Positions 1-10,987 of a stretch of DNA of 64,000 bases are shown in pieces. Location: contig NW_003314263.1 of assembly GCF_000143415.4 (NCBI RefSeq), positions 347,114 to 411,113 on the forward strand, written 5' to 3'. The notes below the pieces were generated by a model that was given only the letters and a program-made list of their open reading frames with translations, was not told the DNA's origin and searched no databases. The translations under genes were made by a program, and so were the position numbers. Source of the DNA: Selaginella moellendorffii (taxonomy: Eukaryota; Plantae; Lycopodiophyta). Positions within the stretch are counted from its first letter, which is position 1. Each line of letters begins with the position of its first letter.

Positions 1-916
1 CAATTCCAACAAATACTATTCTAGATTTTTTAGATGAAATGACATAAAAAATGAGGTTAAAAGTGGACTTACTTTAGAAATGTTAAAAATATTGATGATA
101 ATATTAATGAATGCTTCTAATTAAAATACTGTGAATTGGTGTCAAACAATTTAAATTTAGAATGTAAAGAAAGAAAGAAATCTATGTAATTTACCTTTTA
201 AATATAGTTTTTGACCCTTTTTATCAATGGAAAATTTTTTTAAACATTTTTAGATGAAAATTAGATAAAAGAATTACCTTTTATTTGAAAGTCAAACTCT
301 ATATTTTAAATTTATCCTTTACAAAAGAAGCATCAAGACCTTTTAGTCAATGATATAAAGTAACTTTTAAATAATGGGATTTAAGATGAAACTTTAAAAT
401 AATGTAATAGACAAAATTTTTAATATATTAGTGGTGTTTTTATTTTAGAATTTAAATTTAAATAAAACATTTTAGAGGGTTAAACAATTTAAATTTTAAA
501 GAATAGAAATATAATTAATTTTGCTTAAATGTCTATTTTTTGCTTTAAAGGCAATTTAAATTTATCTTTCAATTCAACCATTTTTACTTTTTCTTTTTTA
601 TAATTGAATGCTTTATAGTTGGATGATTTAAAATTCGAAATATTAGAATTGACTGGTTTGGAATTTAAAAATTTAAATTTAACAAACATACTGGCATGGA
701 AGAAACACTTAAAAATAAATAAAGATCAAGAAATATTATAGAAAAAGGCACTATTGAAGCAATGATATTGATTTATGGTTATTTCATAACATCTTGATTT
801 CTCTCTAGTTCACACTACAAAAACAAAAATTATTTTGAAGTGCTGTAAGAGAGGCATTCCAAAATGTTCCTTCCTCAAAGGCCAAAACAACTTTAATGGA
901 ATATGGGCCTAAGTTT

Positions 917-3900
917 CTAACGCCTTTTGCTACCTTTGCCTTTGGCTCTTCCAACAGAGCCACCTTTGCCTTTGCCTCTATTGTTAGCAAAACCACCTTT
1001 CTTTGTGGACTTGTTCTTGCTCTCTTGCCTTTTCTTTCGCACCTCTTCAACGCCTTTGAGCTCCCTGCGAGCGCCTGCGTTTGGAATTTGCTTCATCCTC
1101 TTGTTCCTTCCGCTGCCATTGTTTCTGTCGAACCCGCCCTTCCTCTTGCGGCCGTCCGTTTTTTCGTCGTCTGCACAGGCACGGATAAAAAGTTTAAGAC
1201 TCGAAACGAGCTGCGATTTTGGACGAACCATCATTCTCGTTTGAAAACTTAGAAACTTTCATGTGGCTTCGCTCTGACCACTTCTTGTAAAGGTTGCGGT
1301 TTCCGGCATTAACCTTGGCACCGCTCTCCGTTTTGATCTGTAAAAATTGTTCCAAGTCAGATAAATTGCGCTTTTAGTAGCCTCCCAAACCTTTCCAGAT
1401 GCAGTTATCTTCTCTCCACGATTGAGCTTGATGTACTTTTTGCTTCGCTGCAGAGCACCGGGAAAAACGTTAAACAAGTCTCAAAAAAGTGAAGCTTACT
1501 TTGTCCCAGTGATAAGTAGCCTTTTGCTTTTGTACTCCGGAGTCGTCTTCAGGAACAAGATCAAGTACTTCGGTGTCCAGTCTGCAGTAAAACATTTATG
1601 TTCCATTAAAAGCCGTATGCAGTCGTGCCATCACCTGTTCTTTCCAAACCCGTCAGAGGCATCAACAGCTAGACCCAATTCCGAGTGCTGTCACAAAACA
1701 AACGAAATTTAACACTTGCAGAAATGTACTGTGAAATAATTCACCGACCCTGTTTGAGGGTATGGAGTTGATGTAGAACTCTTCATCGCGAAAATTGTTG
1801 GAGATAATTTTAAGGCCATCCCCACCTGCAAAATATTAAGCTTGTTAGTTACGTGGTGTATTGGAGCATCCAACAAACCATTTCTACTCTTCTTCTTTGG
1901 TGGCATCGAGCACTCATCGGTCTATAAATTGACGTGTTAAGAACAGATATTTTGAGAGAGTATGCTGACCTCGTTAGTTGATAACTGTTGGACACTTTCC
2001 CGGAGGGAATTTTGCGCATTTTCCCGGGGTTTTACAAATCTGTCGTGCACCTCCCTTTTTCTCTTCATAACGTCCACAGAGTCTGCGAGGGGAGTCTATA
2101 TCAAAAGTAAGTTAGCTAAAGTCATAAGACAATGGAATGACTTTCGCACCTTTCTTTTCTTCGCTTTAGCAGCTTCACCTTCTGCTTCAAGAACCGTTTG
2201 CTTTGGTCTATAAGGTTAATCATGTAAGTAAAAGGAACGAAAAACAAAACAAAAGAAATATATAAACAGCTTACTTGAAGTTTTTGAGACGTTCTGCGAA
2301 CGCTGCGGCTGCATCAGCCGTGCCGGCTTTCTTCCTGAAGAGCGGATGAAGGCCTTCTTTGGCTAGAGTTTTCACTCTCTTACAGGATTCAGGAGACGGT
2401 GTAGGCCTGGTTTTGGAATAGAGCCTGTAAGCGTTGCTGCATGCTTTCTGCAATGCCAAGATATCTGTGCTTTGGTCAATGCTTTCTCGTACTCTCTCCA
2501 TAGTGGTATCTAAAACCAACTGTGGAAATCGCCCATAGACAGTGTCACCTCTGGATACTGCCTCTTCAGTTTCTGATAACAGACCCGGAGATGAGACGAT
2601 ATCTTCCTCTGTTGGCGCTGGACGCACCGGCTTGGAAAGAAAGAGGTGGAGGTCGAGTAGATAAGGAAGTTCGTCCGATGTGAGAAACGAATAAGCTGTG
2701 CCTGTTCTTCCCGCTCGAGCAGCACGGCCAACCCGATGAACAAAAAGCTTGGGCTTTGCAGGAAAGTCGAAGTTCACCACGTTGTCCAAGAGGGGGATAT
2801 CGATTCCTCTAGCCGCAACGTCTGTCACGAGGAGTATCATAGTCTTCCGAGCTCTAAACTTCGCAACATTGATCTTCCGAGCCGTCTGATCCATTGCCCC
2901 GTATACGACTGCCAGATCGATGCCTTCACTCTTCAAAACCTCGAACAAAAACTCGACGTGATGTTTCGTCGAGACGAAAACCACGGTCTGCTGTTCCGCA
3001 GAAACCACCTCCCTCAAAAGATGGACGAGGCACGCGAGCTTTTCTTCCTTCCTCATGGTGAAAAACGCCAGTTTTAAGTCGGGGCTGATCTTCGTCTCGG
3101 TGTCCAAACGCACCGTCAATGGATCCTTGAGCCCGGCCTTGGCGAAATCCGCAAGTAGCCTTGGCAACGTAGCGCTGAAAAGTAAAGTTTGTCGGAGCTC
3201 GTGAAGCTGGGTTAGAATCTGCCTGAGCTGCTCCGCGAATCCCATCTCAAACAGTCGATCGGCCTCGTCAAAAACCACGTACTCGACGCTTTTGAGTGAC
3301 ATACCCTCCACTTCCGAGAGATGGTGCATGAGTCGACCAGGAGTAGCGATCAAGATATCCGGATTCTTGCTAAGTTGCTCGAATTGCGTCTCCATGCTAT
3401 CACCACCGACGAGGACAGTGATCCTCAAATCTAGGCACACAGAAAAAGCGATAAGAAAAAAATCGAGGACGGAGGAGAGTGAAAAGCACCACGTACCAGT
3501 GTTTCGCCCAAGTTCCTTGCAAAACTTAAATGTTTGCAAGGCCAATTCTCTCGTGGGAGAGAGAATGAGCGCTCGAGCTCCAGGCTTGGGACTGTGAGCT
3601 CTAAGCTTCTCCAGCATTGGAATGAGAAATGCGGCAGTCTTACCCGACCCTGTCCGAGCCATGGCCACCACATCGTTCCCGGCCAGGATCAGCGGCAGCG
3701 TCTTCCTCTGGATCGGCGTCGGCACGGAGTAGCCTTTCTTCCGGATTGCCTGATAGATGGGGGGGCTGAGGCCGAGACTCTCGAAACCCCCGGACTTGGC
3801 CTTCTTCTTGAGCTTCTTGTCGTGCTTGATCCGGGAAGCCGATCTGGTGTCGACATTCATGAAATCTGCCACACCTGCCATCGGGAAGCCGCCATCGCCG

Positions 3901-3947
3901 CCATCGTCCTCCGCCTCGGATGCGCTGTGGTGTTCTTCCTCCTCCAT
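917..3947 (-). CDS. RH29: DEAD-box ATP-dependent RNA helicase 29 (DDX54/DBP10 orthologue), multi-exon
   Basis: Motifs [36 protein letters not shown] and HRVGRAAR. Basic G/K-rich C-terminus ends at TAG 917-919. Downstream exons are separated by short GT-AG introns. The true start could be the internal MAGVADF (~3880). Confidence 0.92.
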
Positions 3948-3956
3948 CGCTTACCT

Positions 3957-3970
3957 TAAACCCTAAACCT
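3957..3970. promoter_or_regulatory. Telo-box (AAACCCTAA) in the RH29/PPR divergent spacer
   Basis: TAAACCCTAAACCT immediately upstream of a ribosome-biogenesis gene, the typical telo-box context. Confidence 0.55.
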
Positions 3971-3998
3971 AGAATCAAATATTTCGCATGGAGCTCGA

Positions 3999-5615
3999 AT
4001 GGGAGCTTGGCGATCGCGGGGCTGCTCCTTCCAGCGTTTCTGGCATCGATCAGCGCACACGGAGGTAAGCAGCGTCTCGGCATTTCGTCGAGAACAGGAG
4101 GATGGAGTTCAGATTCCAGCGCTCCTCGCGGCGCTCAGGCAATGCGGTTGCTCCAGGGACCTCGGCGCTGCTAGAAAGATCCACGCATTGGCGGCCGAGA
4201 GCAAGAATCTCTCCAACGCCTTCCTCGCCAACAATCTGGCGAGCGTGTTCTTGAAATGCGGGAGCTTGGCCGATGCGAGGCTGGTGTTCGATGCGATGGA
4301 GTACCGCAATGTGGTGTCCTGGAACACTCTGATACTCGGCTACGCCACAAACAGGGAGGCCGAGAGAGCTTGGGAGCTCTTCGAAAGAATGGGATCGCAG
4401 GGATTTTCTCCGACTTCCAGGACTTACGTCGCAGTGCTTCTAGCCATCTCCGGCCTGGCAGAAGGATCGAGTGGCACTCTCGTCGATGAGAAGCTCGTCA
4501 AGCTGGGACTTCTGGAGAGAGTGCTGGTTCTACACTCCCAGGCTTGGAAGAAGAAGGATCTCTTCAATGGTTTTCTCGCCAACAGGTTGATCGATACGTA
4601 TGCCAAGTGTGGGAGCTTGCTCGACGCTCGGATGGTTTTCGACAGGATGGCCAGTCACGACGTGGTTTCATGGACTTCGATCATAGTGGCTTACGTAGAA
4701 AACGGGGAGGCAAAGTCTGGATTGGAGCTCTTTGAGAGCCTGAACATCGACCCGGATGCTCGAGTTTTTGCCGCTGCTCTCAAGGCCTGTAGCGTCCTCT
4801 CGGCTCTACAAAGTGGGAGGAAGATTCACGACGAGATTTCCAAGCGCGGCCTGTCGAGAGATGGATTTCTCTGCAACTCGCTGCTGGATTTCTACGGCAA
4901 GTGTGGGAGCATGGCTGCTGCTCTACAAGTTTTCGAGTCGATGAGCAGCGGCATGAGGAATCTAGTGACTTGGAGCACTCTGATAGCCGGGTATGGCCGC
5001 ATAGGAGACGCCGAGCGAGTAGTCCAGCTCTTCCAGAGAATGCGAGAAGAAGGGGTTCGTCCGGATGGGATCACTTTCCTGTCGCTCCTCCGAGCTTGCG
5101 GTCATGGGGGCTTCGTCGAGAAGGCCAAGGAGTTTTTCGCAGCTATGGTGTCGCAGTATGGAATTCGTGCCAGCCTTGAGCACTACCACTGCATGGTGGA
5201 TATCCTCGGCCAGGCAAACTTACTCGACGAGGCAGTGGCGATGGCCGAGAGCATGCCGTTCGAAGCAAGCCCAGTGACTTGGAACACCATTCTAGGAGCT
5301 TGCTGGAAGTGGAGAAACGTGGAAGTGGCCAAGGTGGCGTTTGAGGCGTCGTTGCGACTGGACGCTACACAGGGACTGGCTTACGTTCTGATGGCGAACG
5401 TTTACAGGAGCGTTGGAATGTGGGAAGAACACTCACAGATAATCGGCAGGAGAAACACAAGCAAACCAGGTTCTTCGTCGTCCTCTTTTTATTGTTCTTC
5501 ATTCTTAGATCTTGCTGGAGCTGACGAGAATTTTGTATCACGAAGCTGCGGTCATGACATAGAACACAAGCAAACCAGGTTCTTCGTAGTCCTCAGTTTT
5601 CTCCTTGTTTTCTAA
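3999..5615 (+). CDS. PLS-class pentatricopeptide repeat protein with E-type C-terminal motif
   Basis: Repeated KCGSLxDARxVFD / NVVSWNTLI / PDGITFLSLL motifs, then EHYHCMVDILG...MPFE...AYVLMANVY. No DYW domain seen. The 3' end is uncertain because a splice donor is probable at ~5470. Confidence 0.88.
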   Translation: MGAWRSRGCSFQRFWHRSAHTEVSSVSAFRREQEDGVQIPALLAALRQCGCSRDLGAARKIHALAAESKNLSNAFLANNLASVFLKCGSLADARLVFDAMEYRNVVSWNTLILGYATNREAERAWELFERMGSQGFSPTSRTYVAVLLAISGLAEGSSGTLVDEKLVKLGLLERVLVLHSQAWKKKDLFNGFLANRLIDTYAKCGSLLDARMVFDRMASHDVVSWTSIIVAYVENGEAKSGLELFESLNIDPDARVFAAALKACSVLSALQSGRKIHDEISKRGLSRDGFLCNSLLDFYGKCGSMAAALQVFESMSSGMRNLVTWSTLIAGYGRIGDAERVVQLFQRMREEGVRPDGITFLSLLRACGHGGFVEKAKEFFAAMVSQYGIRASLEHYHCMVDILGQANLLDEAVAMAESMPFEASPVTWNTILGACWKWRNVEVAKVAFEASLRLDATQGLAYVLMANVYRSVGMWEEHSQIIGRRNTSKPGSSSSSFYCSSFLDLAGADENFVSRSCGHDIEHKQTRFFVVLSFLLVF

Positions 5616-5800
5616 TGGTTTTCTCTCGCTGTTCATTCATAGATCTTGCTGGAGTCGTGGAAATTGACGAGAGTTGTGGATCACGAAGCTGCGGTCACTA
5701 AATAGAGCACACGCGAACCAGGTTCTTCGTCGTCCTCTTTTTTTTCCCTTGTGTTCTAATAGATCTTGCTAAACTCGTGGAAACTGACGAGAATTTTGCT
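5452..5800 (+). repeat. Three degenerate tandem copies of a ~110-145 bp donor-intron-acceptor-exon unit
   Basis: AACCAGGTTCTTCGTxGTCCTC at ~5464, ~5573 and ~5716, each followed by a T-rich tract, then TAGATCTTGCT and TGACGAGA. Confidence 0.8.
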
Positions 5801-5951
5801 GGGTACCAAGTTTGTGAGTTTTTCTCCAGGATCTTACCTCATTGTCTCTAGATTTGAGAAGAAACTTCCAAAGTTTGTAAGAGATTTTTTTCTTTTTTAG
5901 AACTGATTGGTATGCTATTTTGTCATAGGTTTTTAGGGCTAACGGAGAGCA

Positions 5952-6856
5952 ATGGTGGGAGCTAACATCAAGGCGGAGACGATGGCGCTAATGGAGCAGC
6001 GTACCGCCATGGAGGAGGAGATGGACGGCATCATCCAACGCTTGTGTCGCCCCGGCGGGCCTGGATTATCTGGGAATCTCGTCGATAACGAGGTAAATCG
6101 TTGAGCTAGATCGGCGAGGAGCTCATCAAGTCGTGTAACAGGGATTTCCAAGAGCGGACATTGACGTAGCTGCCGTTAGAAGCGATCGACAAAAGCTGGC
6201 TGGTTAGATTTCCTCGATCAAAGTTGCTTTTTTTTCTCACGGAGTGAAAATGCAGTGCTAAAGAACGATCGTAAGGAAATCACTGATAGGATAGAGAAGA
6301 ACATCCATATTCTTCACTCTGGCAGCAAGGATTTGGATTTTTCTCTCCCGCAGAAGAGAACAGGTATCGTCCAGGATGCAAAACGTTGTTTTTCTCATTT
6401 CTTCGTTTTTTTTCTCTCGTTTAGCTGAAGGCGAGCAAGTTCCACAGAGATTTTTCCAGTCCGGCAGTGGAGGAGCTTCGTCGATCGAAAACGCTGCGGT
6501 AGCTATGGATGAGGATAATCCCGGACGCTTGCCTTTCGCAGTGTTTGACGAAGTAGCCGAGGGGTCACCCGCAGCAAGAGATGGAATCGTCGTTGGAGAT
6601 CAGCTGGTCAAGTTTGGGAGCGTCGAGGGTGGCGGAGACGATTGCTTGCGAAGGCTTGCGCTCGAAGGCCAGAGTCACGAGAACCGTGCCATCGCAGTCA
6701 TCGTCCTGAGGCGAGGTGTTGAAGAACATCTCTACGTTACTCCTCGGAGGTGGGGAGGAAGTGGTCTTCTCGGGTAAGTTTGTTCTCTCGTATTGTTTTC
6801 CTCGGTCTTGAGGAGTTTCTTTCGTTCTCAGGTGTCATATCCAGCCTCTCAGATAG
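5952..6856 (+). CDS. PSMD9: 26S proteasome assembly chaperone PSMD9/Nas2 (p27), PDZ domain, multi-exon
   Basis: MVGANIKAETMALMEQR...GPGLSGNLVDNEG|FPRADID and PDZ segment PFAVFDEVAEGSPAARDG...TPRRWGGSGLLG|CHIQPLR*. Confidence 0.9.
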
Positions 6857-6971
6857 TCGTGTTTGCGATTGCAACTGTTGTGATCATCTAGCTCGGAAAA
6901 TCATCAAGGTTTTTATTGTTGTAGAAGTTACAGGCTTCTCGCTGCAAAAGTTGAACCGAAGGAGAAAAAAC

Positions 6972-7916
6972 TCAGTCGGAGCCGGTAATCTTTCCTTTTG
7001 TTTCGTCGATCTTCTTGAGCAGCTCTTCTCTGCATGATCACCACGGTCTTGCGTTAGTTTTGGAATCTAGGAACGTAGAACGTAACTTACCTGTCAGGCT
7101 TGAAGAGCAAATATCGGTAGACGAACCACTGGACAACGAAATCAAAGTGTCACAGATCGAAGTGCAAAAAATTTGAGATAAGTTTTCAACTTACTGAGGA
7201 GAACAAGAGGCCAACGAGCTCGAAGAACGTAGGCAGGATTGGAAGCTTATCAATCGCCTGTGTAAGAAAGAGGCATCTAAAGTTTAAGACGCTTGAAGTT
7301 TGAAGCTCACCGCGATAAGTCCAGTCGAAGCCCACAAAACTAGCAACGCAGCAAAGCCCAGGCCGCCAACTGCGAGCTTGTCATCAGTTTTCTCCCACTG
7401 GAAGAAGGCAAAGAAAATAAGAGATAAAAAGTATACTATAGAATGCATTCACTAGGCTAGCGTACTTACAGTGTCTTGGATCTTCTTCAAAAAATCGTTA
7501 GCGGCTGCTTCAGTGGAGGATGTCTCCGTCGCAAACGCGACCATCCGAGAGGGCGTTCTTAGCTCTGACACACAAGAAATCAATAAAAAAGCATGGGAAG
7601 TGCGAATTTGTCAATGCTGATGGAAGCACACGATCGAAATCGTCAATGCTGATGGAATCTCTGTGACAAATGCGCTCTACAATGCCAGATCGGGGCGGCA
7701 AAAACCGCAAGAACAAGAAAATCTACCGCGTAATCGCCAAAATCCATCCATACCTAGTGTCCTGGACGAGATTTTGCCCGAGGAAAGCGATGGAAGCGAT
7801 GAAGATCCTAGACCCGGCCGCAATGCCGCGGGGACGCAATGTGAATTCCTGAAACCCTCGCCCGGAGCTGCCCTAGCGGAATTGATCACGCATGTTGCCG
7901 ACGACGAGCACGCCAT
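6972..7916 (-). CDS. CURT1: CURVATURE THYLAKOID 1 family protein (CURT1B/PSI-P-like), multi-exon
   Basis: S/A/R-rich transit peptide followed by exons reading WEKTDDKLAVGGLGFAALLVLWASTGLIA, AIDKLPILPTFFELVG, WFVYRYLLFKPDR and EELLKKIDETKGKITGSD*. Confidence 0.88.
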
Positions 7917-8197
7917 AGCTATACCTCTTCCTCCAAAGCACAGTGAAAATGCAACCTAGCTCTCATGAGCTCTTACAGGATCTAGACACGTGGCAGTACC
8001 AACGGCTGCGATGGGCCGAGCATCTTAGAACCACAGTGGCTCGAAGAGAACGCTTGGCGCGATAAGGTGTTTGAGGATAAGGTGGTGGCATGTGGCGCTA
8101 GTCGTGGTGAAAAATTTCAAGTGGAGAATATCCAGTGCCCATTTGGCGCCAGTTAAATTCAAAGTAGATTTAAATTACACGCTTAGCGCGCTTTTTT

Positions 8198-8692
8198 TTA
8201 ACCATAGCATTGCTCGTTTGGGAGAGGCCCTGGGATGTAGCCGTGATCGATGAATTGCAAGCCAAAGACCACTAGAGCCCCGAGAAGGACCAGATAGGAC
8301 GCGCCCTCCACCGCCCCAAGCAGTCCATAGGGACCGGATGGGAGGCCAGACCCGGTTTTGGCTTTGGTGTAAATGGACCAAGCGATGAGAGCTCCAATGG
8401 CGAGGTAGCTCACCCCTTCTAGCGCCCCAAGTGATCCCCCGGGACCGGGTGGCAAGCCACAACCGGTGGTCTTGAGCGTGAAGAGGGACCAAGCCACTAC
8501 TGGGATTGCCACGGAGGTACCAGCTATGGCGGCTATCTCCCCAGTTGAGGATGAAGAGAGGGATTTCTCAGCCCTTGGAGAGGCAAAGTGGAGCGCCCGG
8601 CTGGGAAATTTGGCCAAGTGGGGATTTTGCGGCGCGATGGAGCCCCGGTGGATGAAGGATGATTTCCCGGCAAACATTGTAGCTATGGCCAC
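8198..8692 (-). CDS. Conserved small plastid membrane protein of unknown function, with internal duplication
   Basis: Single-exon 164-aa ORF: transit-like N-terminus, hydrophobic helices, and two copies of GLPxGPxGxLGAxEGxSYL. Confidence 0.75.
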   Translation of the reverse strand: MAIATMFAGKSSFIHRGSIAPQNPHLAKFPSRALHFASPRAEKSLSSSSTGEIAAIAGTSVAIPVVAWSLFTLKTTGCGLPPGPGGSLGALEGVSYLAIGALIAWSIYTKAKTGSGLPSGPYGLLGAVEGASYLVLLGALVVFGLQFIDHGYIPGPLPNEQCYG

Positions 8693-9470
8693 AGCTACAA
8701 AACAATGGAAGCTCCAAGATTTTGGTGCCTCTAGAATATTCGTGGAACTTATAATGGTGTGGGATGTGACATTCCAGAGGAATCATATCGTATCGAAAGG
8801 GCGTTTAGTCAACGCACATCGTCTCTTCAAAGACCTAACACTGTGGGAGTGGAGACGATTTTCTTCGCGTCGGAAAAAATAAAAGGCCTTTTGTATGATA
8901 TGCTTGTCTGCACCGTACGCGTACGTAAACGCGCTAGCCAATGGAGCCCTAATTCCGGTCACAAACGGTACGAGGAGCCCTAAGAGCGGCGCCGGCCGAC
9001 GCCAGCCGTCGGATGGCGCATCGTGCGGCTGGGGGCCGTCCGTACGGACAGCACTTGTTAACGGCAGCCAGAAGCCCTAAAATTGTCGTGGTGGGCGCTG
9101 GGCCGTCAGATGCTCGATCCGACGGCTCTAACCGTTCTACCAGTTCTTGTATTTATACCGTGCTGCTTTCACAGAATGTGATGCTCTGTGTGGTTTCTCC
9201 CCTTTTTTCACTGCTCTTAGGTGGAGCGATGGCGCTAGCGGCGATGGCGCCTAGGGTTTGGCGTGCCTGAGCTTGGAGGAGGACGGCGGTAGCGCCGCCG
9301 GCGGCACGCGTCGAGGTTCGTTTGTCTGCCCTGATTTCGTGGCGGGGGAGGAGGAGGAGGAGGAACAAGCACAGGAGGAGGAGCAAGGGAAGCTAGGCGC
9401 TGCACGATTCTTTTCCGGCGCTGCCTTTTTGCCGGCAGCGCTCGAAATTTCGGGAGGGATTGATCGTTCG

Positions 9471-10954
9471 ATGGCTACTGAGAGCCCGGTGAGACTGATG
9501 CCAGGAGGAAGCTTGAGTAATGGCATTCGCACCTCCGGGGCCCCGGCTCCGTCACTCGACTCAGAGCTCTCCATGCTGCTCAAGGAGCGATCGCGCTACG
9601 AGAGCATGGTGAATGGCGACGTTCTCATGCACAGGAGTGAGAGTGCTCCGCCGAGTGTGGAGGGGTCCTTGGCGGCGGTCAGTGGGTTACTGGATCCGAG
9701 CAGCTTTGGCCCCGGAAGGATTTCCAAGGGACTGGCCGAGAGGGAAGAAAGCTACGAGAGCGAGGAGCAATTGCGCTCGGATCCTGCCTACCTTGCGTAC
9801 TACAACTCGCACATAAACTTGAATCCCAGGCTGCCACCACCGATTATCTCGTGGGACAACTTGAGGCTGGCTCAGCGCCTCGCCGGTGGAAACAAAGATA
9901 GCAACTGGAAGCTGAGATCTTTCGACGACAACAATAGCAGGTCCTTGTTCGCGTCGCAGCCAATAATGCCCGAGGACTCGTTGGAACATGTTGAGGACGA
10001 CCCAGAGCAGCACAAGGCAGCGCTAGAGGGAGCTTTGGGCCATGGGTTTGGAGCCCATGGCAGAAGCTTAGTCGATCTCATTCAGGTAAGTGTGTTTGTT
10101 GAGTTTCCTGTTTTCAAATTTTTATCGGTGGACTTTTTTGGCAGCAAGATTTTCCTCGAACACCATCACCTGTGTACAGTTACAACCACGATGGCAAAGA
10201 GGATAGCTCGTCCAACATGTCCAACGTAGAGATGCAACTAATGCATTTGCAGGAGATGTCGCACTTGGATTCCTCTCAAGTGGTTCCAGAGTCAAGTGGC
10301 CGTCATAGTCCGTTTCCCCCGAAACGTAGCCCGTCTGCTGAGCCGACCGTCTCCGGGGACCAACTAGGAAGTATAGGCATGGGGAACGCTGTAAAAAGAT
10401 CCGGAAGCTCGAACGCGATCGACCTTGGCGCAGCACTTCAAGGCTTGAGCATGCAAGAGTCAACTAATTTCGACACTGTACAGCAGCAGCAGTCCCAGCG
10501 TGACAAGGGAGGAGACCAACACAGTCAAATGCGATATCGCCAGCAGCAGCATCAGCATCAGCGACGCTCTCAGCGTGCACCTGTACAGCAGCCTTCGTCA
10601 CAAACGTACACGGAATTTCTCGAGGATCAGATGCAGCAGTTTGGCCTTTCCAACGAGGCCGGAACGGCGCCGCCTCTTCAGCCTGGAAGTTCGAACTCCA
10701 ACGCGTTTGCCGCCGCCGCCGCCGCCGCAGCCATGTCGTATATAGCTGCTGGAAATCCTTACTACCAGAACTTGCAGTCCGTCTACGGCCAACAACAGTA
10801 TGGTTTAAGTGGTTATCAGTCGACTCCACTTATGGGAGGCACGTACTCGTCTCCAAACGCTTTGTTCGACAACGCAGCAGCGAGGCTCAGTGCACGGTCG
10901 GCACTGGCAGGTGCCTCTGGTGGCATCGACAGGCAGCAATTGTACAAATATGCT

Positions 10955-10987
<33 letters not shown>

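Noticed and set aside
1-800. AT-rich stretch as a possible transposon
   Set aside because: No terminal repeats, TSD or coding remnant visible; the same applies to naming 24830-26260 as a specific element.
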